Assembly: GCA_965649765.1 (NCBI GenBank)
Contig: OZ287751.1
Location: 39,370,001 to 39,434,000 of the forward strand
DNA length: 64,000 nucleotides
Direction of reading: 5' to 3'
From: Bispira polyomma
Taxonomy: Eukaryota
The position numbers and the translations under genes were made by a program. The notes below the pieces were generated by a model. It made no database searches. It had not been told where the DNA came from and saw only the letters and a list, made by a program, of their open reading frames with translations. Positions 47,320 through 60,445 of the stretch are shown one piece after another (position 1 is the stretch's first letter; every line of letters starts with the position of its first letter).

Positions 47320-50300
47320 AGACACATAGTTAGATTCCTATTGCAGATTTAAAAACCTATGTAATTGGTTTCCCCATACAGGGACCCTAAGTTAAAATCA
47401 CAGACAACTTTGAGACACATATAGTTATTATTATTATAATTATATATTTTTAACGTGCAGGATTTAAAAACTTATGTAATGGTTGTCTACATTGAGGGAC
47501 TCTAACTTCAAATCACATACAACTATGAGACACATATAGTTATGTCCCATTCTCACATCATTTTCAAATATGAACAATCTTAGGTGTGGAAATACTCAAA
47601 AAGCCTTAGATTTTAGGCTACTCTGTCACCTCAGAATCTTTTTGAGAATTTAAAAACCTATGTAATTGTTGTTTACATTGAGGGACTCTAAGTTCAAATC
47701 ACATGTAACTATGAGACACATATGGTTATGTCCCATTCTCAGTAAATTTTCATATTTTAACAATTTTAGGTGTGGAAATAATCAATTTACAGTAAATTTG
47801 AGGATAATATGTCTCCTAAGATTCCTATTAAGAAGTTTAAAACCTATGTAATTAGTGTCCCAATTCAGGGACCCCTAAGTTCAAATCACATACAACTATA
47901 AGACACATTTAGGTATGTCCCATTCTCAGTTAACTTTCTAATATGAACAATTTTAATTGTGGAAATGGTCAATTTAGTCAGTAGGTTTCAATGTACTCTG
48001 TCACCTCAAATTCCTATTAAGAGGTAAAAGACAAATGTAATTGGTGTCTACATTGAGGGACTCTAAGTTCATATCACATACAACTATGGGACAAATATAG
48101 TTATGTCCCATTCTCAGTTAAATGTTAAATATAAACAATTTTAGTTGTGGAAATGGTCAATTTAAAGTAGGTTTTAGGGTACTCTGTCACCTAAGATTCC
48201 TATTGAGGATTTAAAAACCTATGTAATGGTTGTCTACACTGAGGGACTCTAAGTTTAAATCACATACAACAATGGGACACATATAGTTATGTCCCTTTTT
48301 CAGTTAACTTTCTAATATGAACAATTTTAAGTGTGGAAATGGTCAAAATGGCTTAGATTTTAGGGTACTCTGTCACCTCAGATTCTTATTGAGGATTTAA
48401 AAACATATGTAATTGTGTATACATTGGGGGACTGTAAGTTAAAATCACATACAACTATCAGACACAAATATATAGTTATGTCCCATTCTCAGTAAATTTT
48501 TATATATTAACAATTTTAGGTGTGGAAATAGTCAATTTACAGTAAATTTCAGGATAATATGTCTCCTTAGATTCCTAGTAAGGAGTTTAAATCAGTGTAA
48601 TTGGTGTCCTAATTCAGGGACCCTAAGTGGAAATTACATACAACTATAAAGCACATATAATTTTAAATATAAACAATTTTAAGTGTGGAAATAGTCAATT
48701 TACAGTAGGTTTCATTGTACTCTGTCAACTCAAATTCCTATTAAGAGGTAAAAGACAAATGTAATTGGTGTCTACATTGAGGGACTCTAAGCTCAAATCA
48801 TATACAACTATGAGACACATAGAGTTATGTCCCATTCTCAGTTAAATTTCAAATATAAACAATTTTAGGTGTGAAAATGGTCAATTTACAGTAGATTTCA
48901 TTGTACTTTGTCAACTCAAATTCCTATTAAGAGGTAAAAGACAAATGTAATTGGTGTCTACATTGAGGGACTCTAAGCTCAAATCACATACAACTATGGG
49001 ACACATATAGTTATGTCCCATTCTCAGTTAAATTTCAAATATAAACAATTTTAGGTGTGAAAATGGTCAAAATGGCTTAGGTTTCAGGGTACTCTGTCAC
49101 ATCAGACACCTATTGAGGGTTTAAAAACCTATGTAATTGGTGTCTACATTGAGGGACTCTAAGTTCAAATCACATACAACTATGTGACACATTTAGTTAT
49201 GTCCTATTCTCAGTTAAATTTCAAATATAAACAATTTTAGTTGTGGAAATGGTCAATTTACAGTAGGTTTTAGAGTACTCTGTCACCTAAGATTCCTATT
49301 GAGGATTTTAAAACCTATGTAATTGTTGTCTACATTGAGGGACTCTAGGTTTAAATCACATACAACAATGGGACACATATAGTTATGTCCTATTCTCAGT
49401 TAAATTTCAAATATTAACAATTTTAGTTGTGGAAATGGTCAATTTACAGTAGGTTTCATTGTACTTTGTCAACTCAAATTCCTATTAAGAGGTAAAAGAC
49501 AAATGTAATTGGTGTCTACATTGAGGGACTCTAAGCTCAAATCACATACAACTATGGGACACATATAGTTATGTCCCATTCTCAGTTAATTTTCATATAT
49601 TAACAATTTTAGTTGTGGAAATAGTCATTTACAGTAAATTTCAGGGTATTCTGTCACCTCGAATTCATAGTAAGAGATAAGAGACCAATGTAATTAGTGT
49701 CTACATTGAGGGACTCTAAGTTCAAATCACATGCAACAATATGAAACATATAGTTATGTGCCATTCTTTTAGTTAAATTTGAAATATAAATAATTTCCGG
49801 TTTGGAAATGGTCAATTTATAGTAGGTTTTAGGATATTCTGTCACCTCATATTTATATTGAGGGTTTAAAACCTATGTAACTGGTGTCCCCATTCAGGGA
49901 CACCTAAGTTTAAATCACATACAACTATGGGACACATATAGTTATGTCCCATTCTCAGTTAAATTTTAAATATAAACAATTTTAAGTGTGGAAATAGTCA
50001 ATTTACAGTAGGTTTTATTGTACTCTGTCAACTCAAATTCCTATTGAGGGTTTAAAAACCTATGTAATGGTTGTCTACATCCAGGGACCCTATGTTTAAT
50101 TCACATACAATTTATAAGACACATATAGTTATGTCCTATTCTCAATAAATTTCTTAATATGAACAATTTTAAGTATGGAAATTATTAAAATGCCTTAGAT
50201 TTCACGATACTCTGTCACCTCAGATTCCTGTTGAGGATTTAACATCTATGTAATTGTCTACATTGAGGGACTCTATGCAACTATGAGACACATATAGTTA

Positions 50301-50700
50301 TATCCCATTCTCAGTTAATCTTCAAATATTTAGAGTTTTAGGTGTGGAAATTCTTACGATACGTTAGATTTCAGAGTAATCTGTCACCTCAGATTTATAT
50401 TCATAAGTTAGAAACCCATGTCATTAATGATTATACTTAATTAGGTACACTAATTTGAAATCACATAGGACTATGATGTACATATAGTTTAGTCCTATTA
50501 TCAGATAATTTTCAATTATGGACTATTTAAGGTGTGAAAGTAGATTTTAGAGTACTCTTTCACCTTAAATTGTTATTTAGAATTTAAAAACCTATGTAAT
50601 TGATAACCACATTTAGGTATACTAATTTCAGATCACATACAACAATGATACACATATAATCAAGTCCTATTCTCAGTTAATTTTCAAATGTTAACAATTT
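47320..50700. repeat. 186-bp satellite (about 18 copies)
   Basis: cattgagggactct at 48775, 48961, 49147, 49333, 49519. Confidence 0.95.
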
Positions 50701-52339
50701 CAGCAGATGTAGCAATTCATAGTTAATGCATGTTTTTTATCTGAAATTTGCAAATCTTTGGTGTAGTATCTGTTATCAATTTTATAGCAAAACTACTTCC
50801 AACTTAAAGCAATGGATTGATACAGCATCTCGTTTTTGTAAAAAAAGATTTGTTATTAAAAATGTTTTGTCTTTATTATGTCTAAGGCTTTCATTATTAG
50901 GTTATTCTTGTGAATTATTAGTCAGATTCCTTGGAGCTGGTCCAATTTGACTTTTGCGATTTTTGTCATGGTCAAATAGGATTGTCAATACCTAAGCACA
51001 CCTATGTCATGTTTTGTTCTTAAACAAGCTTTATTTGATGTAAAGCTGTTCTATTTCAGTACAAAGAGGAAAGTGTTGAAAAATGCAACAACATATATAA
51101 TTGTACAATAAAATATAACACACTGACACCTTACTAACACACCTTATTTTCATATTTTTAGTTATGATGAGTGAAGGTAATTTCATGCAATTTATATGAA
51201 ATATATGAAAAGTGGACAAAAATTGTGGGTTTCTTGAAATGTTTAAACCATGTAACATTATTGAATTATGTCCACCACCCTTAATGATATGCACTTTTTG
51301 TGTACACCATGCTTATTTTATATGCACACTTTTATCAGTGTCAATAGCAGAATCACATCAGGTAAGATCTAAAAACTATTTTAAATGGTTGTCACCACAG
51401 GAAGAGGGGTTACATGTTGATCAATGGTATGGCTTTTGATAGTAAATACTCTTTACTGATTATGTTGATTTTGTTACAAATAACTCTTGGCTATTTCTTG
51501 CCAATATAACTGACACTAATTAAGCATTGGGGTATTAATCTATAGGGTGATTTTTATTGTTAATGCGATTGTTATTTCCATTAATATGTTTGAATACAAG
51601 GTTACTAACAATAATAATAATAATAACATATTATAAATAGATTAAATAATACAATGATAGTAACTGTTCCTGTTCCTGTTAACTGTTTTTTTTGGATCCC
51701 ACTATTGTATATGTCACAGTAACTTCACAACAAGAGGCAAAATACCTAACAAAAGGCAACCTCTTAACTTGACTTATATATGTGTGAACATGGTAAATCC
51801 CAAACAGATTGGTGGGAGACATATATTTTCTATATTTATATGCCTACATAGATGGGTTTTTACACCTGGCCACACAATAGAGTAAGGAATTTAAAATTGG
51901 CCATTGTATCTGAAATTCGCCACCCCTAAAATCTAAGCTAAATCAATAAAAGCTGGTGAAATATAACTGGAATTTGGGTCAGTAAGGCAAAATAGTCATA
52001 AAAATCTTGATTTAAGCAAATATTACCCACAATTTTACTAAAAACACAACATTTTCTAGGTGATCAATTTTAGATACAGTGGCCAATTTTAGATTCCCTA
52101 CTCTAAAACTTTGTAGTGATTACAAAAAGTACTAAAGGACTATAATTTTTGTGAATTTTGTATGTTTAATGTTCATATTTGTAATGTTTATATACATTTT
52201 TTTTTTCAATAAAACTACATTTTGTCCTAGTAGTGATACTTTTTGTCCAAATACTTTTGGTCTGGTTTATTTTTATGTTGTCATGTTTAAGCCCATGAGC
52301 ACTTTATGTATATCAGATGCATATATAGTTAAGTCTTTT

Positions 52340-53150
52340 TCCAGTTAATTTTCAAATATCAACAATTATAGATGTGGAAGTGCTTCATATACCAAAATTG
52401 GATCACTGATTTTGCTGTTGTGCTTTAGAAGATGCTTAGCACCAATAAAGCATGTCAAAATGCATAATAATAATAATATACAATAGATTTTAGCCTACTC
52501 TGTCTCCTCAATTGTTATTTAGAAGTGTAAGTCTTTTTTCAATTGATGTCTACATTCAAAGACACTAATTTTAAATCACACCTAGTCTCAGTTAATTTAA
52601 TCATATTAACAATTTTAGATGTGGAAGGGCTTAATATACAGTAACACTTTAGGTGTGGAAATACTCAATATACCTTAGGTGTCACTGAATGTGTACATCA
52701 ATTAATGAGGACCTTGTGCTCTCAGATACCTCTCAATATGAATCTGATATGACAGAGTTCTTTAAAATTTACTAAATATGGAGTACTTCAATACATACAA
52801 TTGTTAAAATGTTAAAACTGTCTGAGAGTAGGACTTAATTAACTATATGTATATCATAGTGCTATGTGATTTGAAATAAGTGTAACTGAATGTGGACATT
52901 AAATATATTGGTCTTAAAATCCTCAATATGAATCTGAGGTGACAAGAGTACTCTGAAATCTACTGTATATTGAGTATTTTAACACTTAAAATAGTTCATT
53001 TTTGTAAATTAACTGAGAATAGGACTTAACTATATGTATCTCATAGATTCATAAGATTTGAAAGTAGTGTTGCTGAAATGTGGACATTAACTTTTTTGGT
53101 CTTTAACTTCTGAATAGGTATCTAAGGTGACAGAGTACTCTGAAATCTAG
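52340..53150. repeat. Diverged 186-bp units, direct to about 52730 and inverted from about 52730 to 53150
   Basis: aatctgaggtgacaagagtactctgaaatcta and aactgagaataggacttaactatatgtatc are reverse complements of the unit. Confidence 0.8.
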
Positions 53151-54210
53151 TTAAAATGGAGATTTAGTGTATATCTTAGGATGAAAAAACATAACTTTAT
53201 GGACATTAAGGGTATATCTAGTAATGGAAAAACCTAACTTAAGTGGACATTAAGTGTATATCTTAAATAACTAATTTAAGTGGATATTTAGTGTTAATCT
53301 TGTGATAGAAAAACTTAAGTGGAGATTTAAAACTTAGGATGTAAAAACCTAACTTAAATGGACATTAAGGGTATATCTTGTGAAGGAAAAACCTAACTTA
53401 AGTGGACATTTAGTGTATATCTTGTGATGGAAAAACCTAACTTTAGTGGACATTTAGTGTATATCTTAGGATGTAAAAACCTATTTAAAGTGGACATTTA
53501 GGGTATATCTGGTGATGGAAAAACCTAACTTAAGTGGACATTTAGTGTATATATTGTGATGGAAAATCTAACTTAAGTGAACATTTAGTGTATATCTTAG
53601 GATCTAAAAACCTAACTTAAGTGGACATTTAGGATATATCTTGTGATGGAAAAACCTAACTTAAGTGGACTTTTAGTGTATATCTTAGGATCTAAAAACC
53701 TAACTTAAGTGGACATTAAGGGAATATTTTGTGAAGGAAAAACCTAACTTAAGTGGACATTTAGTGTATATCTTGTGATGGAAAAACCTAACTTAAGTGA
53801 ACATTTAGTGTATATCTTGTGATGGAAAAACCTAACTTAAGTGGACATTTAGTGTATATCTTAGAATGTAAAAACCTAACTTAAGTGGACATTTAGTGTA
53901 TATCTTAGGATGGAAAAACCTAACTTAAGTGGACATTAAGGGTATATTTTGTAAAGGAAAATCTAACTTAAGTGGATATTTAGTGTATATCTGGTGATGG
54001 AAAACCTAACTTAAGTGGACATTTAGTGTATATCTTGTAATGGAAAAACCTAACTTAAGTGGACATTTAGTGTATATCTTGTGATCATAAAACTTAACTT
54101 TAGTGGACATTTAGTGTATATCTTGGTGGAATGTAAAAACCTAACTTAAGTGGACATTTAGTGTATATCTTAGGATGTATAAAGGTCTAACTTAACTTGA
54201 CATTTAGTGC
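53150..54210. repeat. 44-bp satellite (about 24 copies) aaaaacctaacttaagtggacatttagtgtatatcttgtgatgg
   Basis: Period 53741->53785. Confidence 0.95.
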
Positions 54211-54987
54211 ATACTTTTATATATAATCTAAATTATCGATAAGCAGCTAATTTTTTAATGGGCATAGAATTTAAGATACAATTTATTAAATCAAGATATT
54301 ATTTAATAATATAAGATAAATGATAACAAGTATCAATATTAAATTTTTTAAACAATAATGATCTACAATTTCAGCTTGAACATTTCAGGTAGCAGCCATA
54401 ATCTTTACACATATATTTGTGAGAATGTAAGATGAATATCTTTTACAAGGCTACTTCTTTATTGTAAATGATTGTTTTAAGACTGTTGAAAGTTGTAACA
54501 CATTTGAAAATAGCTGTAAATGTGTTGACTTAAATATAGTGTGTTCATTAAGTTTTCATAACACCCACCCTGTTTTTAAAATTTGTGATTAAGAGAATAT
54601 AATTACAAAGGGTGCTATATTTTTCCATATAAACATTTACAAAATAGTGCAAACTTAATTTTTCCATTCTTATCTTATTTATATTTCATATCCCTGTATG
54701 TAATAATGTGCACTTAATGTGGTTGTTTTTACATCACTTAAGAAGACAGTCTACCTAATGATGATTTTAAGTGGTGAAAACATTAAGTAGACATTTTTAG
54801 GTAGACAGTTGGGTGATATCTTTTAGTTCTGATTAAAACTCTTGACTGAATATATATTTGTTATTCCCAGCCAAAAATTAGGAAATTTTTAGAAATTGAT
54901 GTTATTATCATTAAAAATGAAAGATATAGGTCAGTGTCGACTTAAGTTGGGTTTTTGCACACTGTCTACTTAACGATGAATAAAGTG

Positions 54988-55037
<50 letters not shown>

Positions 55038-56009
55038 CACACTAGAGAGTTTGGGGACATTTGTTTACATGTTTTACTGCATACATTGGCATATAGTGAA
55101 TGAAATTCATTAAAATTTGGTGTGAAGGTTGTATTCACAATGGTGTACTGTTATATATCGATTTAAAAGCATTCTGCGAATTCTTGTTTCTCCCCCACAT
55201 AGTTACTGTTGGTGTATTGTGCCTGTCTTAGACGTCTTGGATTTAGGAATCTTATAAGCATTTTAAACATGACCTTGGACCCTCCTTAAAAAATCAAATG
55301 AGTGTGTCCATACTAAAAATCTTCCATATTAGTGGTCCCAGAGGTTTGGGATGTAAAACCAAGTTATAGGAAATTAAGAGCTGGGAATCTTCTGAGCATT
55401 TCTGATTCGACTTTGGACCCCTTCTTCAAGGTGAAATATGCAAGTCTGTACTAAAAATCCCTTGCATCTGTTTTATTTTAATTGGTCCTATTTTGTCTCG
55501 ATATGACATGTAGGAATAAGGCGATTTACTACAGGAACTATAACCAAATCAATTTTCCCCTTCAGTCCAAACAATATGCATCAGGTATCTGATGTGATAG
55601 GTCTAGTTTTCTAAATGTTTCAGAAACATTTCAATAACTGAGGATTCATAACTCTGGCAAAAGTTTTCTCAACTTTTGTTAAAAGTGTTATTAGTGATCG
55701 TAAGCTACTCTTTGCTTACACTTCCATGGGCATTTTTCTATAAAAGTGAAGATTAGTGACCATAAATGAGTATTTATTCTATGCTAGTGACCAAAGAAAC
55801 TAGCAGGTTCTAGATCATCTAAAGTTGCAGCAGCTTCTAAATGGAGCAGTCTGCCTGTACTTAAAGATTCCAGACTTTGCCCCTGAAAAAAATCAAAGCT
55901 TATCTGTATCAACTTTCGCCTTCCACTATAATATGTTGGATATTGTGTGCCACAGAGAATGCCTAGACCTTGATTGTGGTGCTATAATCTAATCTAGTCT
56001 AGTCGTACT

Positions 56010-56605
56010 TTTATAGCGCTTAATCTTTGTACAACAAATTCTAAGGCGCAACAAACCCAAAACGTTAATCGAAAATCAAAAAATAGTGGGCGGATGGAAG
56101 TCGTAACCAGGGAGACTACCGTAAATGGTTGCGACGGCTAAGATGGAAAAGCCTGTTCAAAAAGATAGGCCTTCAGCTTACTCCTGAAAGAGGAGAAAGT
56201 TTGAGCCAGGCGAACATGATCAGGTAGGCTGTTCCAAATGAGGGGGCCATCATGAGCTAGACAGTGATTGAACTGAACTTTGGATTTGTGGATGTGAGGG
56301 TCGAAAGTGGGAATGTTAAGGTATAATTTATCGGGGTTACTGCGCCTTGTCCTGACTGAGCATGTATATTTGGATAGATGGGGGCTAAAATAAGTGGGTA
56401 ATCCAGAATTTAGAAATTTATATATTATTGTTGCTGTTTTGAAAGCAACACAATATTTTATTGGGAGCCAGTGCAGTGACTTGAGTACAGGAGCAATGTG
56501 GGAAAATTTAGAAGTTTTGGTCACAATACATGCCAATGAGTGTTGGATATTCTAAAGGCGTCTGAGATCACTACGAGATAAGGAATGGAACAGAGAGTTG
56601 CTATA
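56010..56605 (-). mobile_element. L2-clade LINE 3' end
   Basis: ORF 56138..56536: HIAPVLKSLHWLPIKY...GPLIWNSLP...FRSKLKAYLF. Confidence 0.88.
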
Positions 56606-57723
56606 GAAGCTTAACATTAACCATCATGATGATCTCAAAGGCAAGAGTATTGTGACCTCATTGTATAGAATTACAAACCTGGAGCGGATTACTTCTGTGA
56701 TCACGCCCAAGATTGACCAAATCCTTATGAAACGAATAAAGAATTGCATTTTACCTATTGGTACCTGTATAGTGACATAACCGCAGAGTACATAAACTCT
56801 AGGCATTGATGTATGATATGACAAACGCACATATAAATGCATAACACTGTAATCATTATTTAATAAAATGCATAAAGCGAGCTACCTAAGCTACCACATC
56901 ATGTGTGAATGTCAAGGGTGGCCATTAGAAAATTAGGTCAAAATCACTCTTATCTCCACTGTTGCAGAAATTCAAGCTGGTTACATCCACTATGCAGGTA
57001 GAAAGTGAGCTCAGAAGTGCTCTATCTCACAAAATGTTGGAGCTAATAGGCCTCTTCAAAAACAGAGAAACAGGGCAGGAAAAAGCGAAATTCAAATATC
57101 TGTCAATCGCTATCCAAGTATAAAGAGGAATATCACAATATCGGCACCAAAAAAGGTTTGGTGCATGTCTCTACCAGACATAAAGCACGGGCACAATATA
57201 TGTACTTAATATGAAAATACAGGTCTTAGCAACCTTAGAGATTAGGTGGTGGACAGTCAGTTACAAAGAGCCCAGACCCTACATGATGTGTTATTTCATG
57301 AAGTCGTCTGTCATAAAAATATTATTGCACAAAACAGTACTACACAATTAATAGATGTATTGTGCAACTTCTTATAAACTATAAATTTATATAAATTTGT
57401 TGACATCTGCACAAGTTTTTTTTCTATGTATGAGAAAATCAGAAGTTGAAACACCTGAAGAATCATGATGGCATTGACAGGGTCAGGCAATCGTACTATA
57501 ATGATCAGAGGGTCGACTGGTTCCTATAATTTCCCAAGACTAACACAAAGGGCAATATGCAAATATATAATGATCTTCTCGTGACAACCAATGCCATATA
57601 GTAGGAGTATGAAAATATGAACATTACGACAAATGATCTATATCTCTTTTTTCAATATTATTTATTTCTATACATAAATATATATTAACAATTCCTTGAA
57701 ATATGATCACTTGTAATTTAGTA

Positions 57724-57998
57724 CAGTAGAAATTCTACTATCCAAGTATTTGATTTTACTAACCCATTTTCACTCATATTTAGCTTTTTCCTATTCTTTT
57801 ACACTGAAATCCTTCAGTCTATTTTATAAAACAGTCTGATATACAGAAGAACATATTGTTGCATGTTCTATTTTATAAAACAGTCTGATATACAGAAGAA
57901 CATCTTGGTGCATGTTCTATTTTATAAAACAGTCTGACATACAGAAGAACATCTTGTTACATGTTCACTTAATGTTTTGGATTATAAAGGTTCTACTG
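57724..57998. mobile_element. Tc1/mariner-type MITE with three internal ~49-bp tandem repeats
   Basis: TA|cagtagaaattctactatccaa and ttggattataaaggttctactg|TA; internal tctattttataaaacagtctgatatacagaagaaca x3. Confidence 0.75.
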
Positions 57999-60445
57999 TA
58001 ATAAATTGTATAATGATAGCATTTAAACATAACAAGTGATTATAAATACATGTATTGATATGAGAGTGTTTTACTGAACAACTCTATGAGACTACACGAG
58101 AAGCATACAAATAACAAGATATAGAAATTGACTCATTTTCTCTCTTTCTAAGCACTACCTTTTAACACAGATTCGGTCATTACAAATATACCAACCCTTT
58201 CAACAAAATGACTCTGGAATTAGCTGCTTCTATATCAAAACTCGATGCATGTTACAAATATCATTCTTTAAACAACAGATGCCAAAAACCAAGAATGACT
58301 TAAGTAAGTGCTCTCACATCGTATTTGATATTTAATAGAATGCAAGCTCTTGTAATGAACATAAAATTGGAAAACAAAACTATGTTCTGCCAATAGACTT
58401 TGCCTTTTTGATGTTCAGTACATTAGACAGAGACATATTTTCAGATAAAATGGCTTTCCACAACTGAGTATTAATATGCATCTTATTAAGTAGGGGCGGC
58501 ATAAGTTAATACACCGGTAAAACCCCCCACGGAGCAAGTCGGCTTGTGGCCCGAGTTTTACTTATGACACACATAACATACATTACACCATACATAAACA
58601 TAAAAGGAGGTATAATTAGGCACCAGAACTGAACATTTTTCCAAATAGCCACCCCTTTATTTAGTATTTACAATGTATATTTCTTACGGTTGTCGGGTAG
58701 TTATGGTTATATTGTTTTGGTTAGGTTAAATATTTTGTAGCAAGTACTTGCCACTAAATCAAGAATGACATAGCGAGTACACGGGGCCCATGATCCGGCT
58801 GGCTTGCAGCCCTAGTATCAAGACAGGCTTTTTATTGGAGGACAGGAAACCAGGACAGCGTAGTTGGTAAAGATTTTTTGCATTGTAAACCACTATCCTT
58901 TACCAAGAAAGTTTACCGCAAACGCTCACACATATATGGTGGCGTTGAGATTTCGAACCCATAATAACATTGCAGAGTTTCAAACAAGTAATTTCAGATT
59001 GCTTAAGACTGTTAATTTGTCTTAATTCTTTTTCTAGTACCGTCTCATACTTTTATAAATTATAAAGTGTTTAGTAATAGGCGCTACATCAATATAATGT
59101 AATGTACAGAGGTGGGAGGCATGAGTGTTACCTCTACACCACAGAGGCCTCCTTTTCAATGCCTTGGAGGATGAGCAGTTAATTGGGTGCTGTACTAATT
59201 TTTTTTGTCTTCATTACATTGCCTTTTACTTTTTCAATTATTGGTATTTCCAACAGTGAATTATTTCAAATACACATTACTTTTCACCGCATCAAGACAA
59301 CAACCCACATCCTAAGTCCACTTACTCACACATGGAATATATATTTATTTGAAACCTTAAGTACAACACCCATGATCAGCCATTTTATGTTTTTTTATCC
59401 TGGGTGCTTAATATACAATGGATTCAGAAAGCCTAAATGTGTATTTTCTACAGACTGGGTGTCTAGATACAGGTAAACCTGAGATGAAAACACTACCAAA
59501 AGAAATACTTTTATCGAGGGTCTTTTATGGCCAGAAAATTGCCAAATACTGACTGGGTCAGCTACAAATTTTAAATCTTGGTAGCTTCTACTGTGTCTAA
59601 CAGACTGTAGATTTGATTTGATCCGGGTGTGACACATCGTATAAGTCATTTTACGACGGGCAGTTTTAGTGCTGGAGGAAACCAGTTTATACTTTGTTGT
59701 TCAAGATTGTACACTTTAAACCAGCGGCCATCATCAAGTAGTAGTACTTGCCAGCTTTCCCACTAAAAGCCCTGGCAAAGATTCAAACCAGGTACCTAGA
59801 TGTGGGTGGAAAGTGTGTTAGCACTGCACCACTAAGCCCCCCCCCCTCCCCCCCCCAACACACTGTAGAAGATATCAACCATGACAGCCATCAGAAACAA
59901 GTCACCCCTAAAAAAAACCCATCTTTTTCGTCTGCAATGTTTCTAAAGTTAAGTAGTACCCCAGGGCTATACTGTGAATTTTACCACTTCACCATTGTGT
60001 TTTTACGCCTAAAAATATGGTCAAATTCCTTGTATATCCCTGTAGTGTCGTGGTTTATTCCTTAAACAAAACAAACATGTTTCCTGGGATTATAGATCTC
60101 CCAGTCACTATGAGCATTGTATAGCTGTCAATAGTGCTTAATAACACCTTTGCATGGCAATTACGGACACGTCATGGCTGCAAACATATTGTAAGCCAAC
60201 AATTGCTGAATTTGCATTTGTTCTCTATGTATTCTATATTTTATCAATGAATAAGTGATATTAGGTAGAACTAATGTGATGGTTTGACATATTTTGCTAT
60301 TTTTATATTTTCAATAAATTTTCGTTCTAATTACATTGGGGCCGGCTAGTTGTGACTTCCCTAGTGGCAACAGGTGTCTGATCACCCGGTATACACCAGG
60401 AATATAACATTTCAACTTTACACAAATATTTATAACAGTGTAAAA

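Larger units (their letters stand above)
40916..54987. mobile_element. Putative giant non-autonomous TIR element (~14 kb) in a (TA)n tract, carrying satellite arrays
   Basis: Left TA|ctcctggATTCATCaTTAgGTAGACAGT versus right-end reverse complement TA|cacttt ATTCATCgTTAaGTAGACAGT. ttaagtagaca repeats cluster at both ends, with (TA)n outside both ends. Confidence 0.68.

Noticed and set aside
53150-54210. CRISPR-like array
   Set aside because: Units are head-to-tail with no unique spacers; eukaryotic context; no cas genes.
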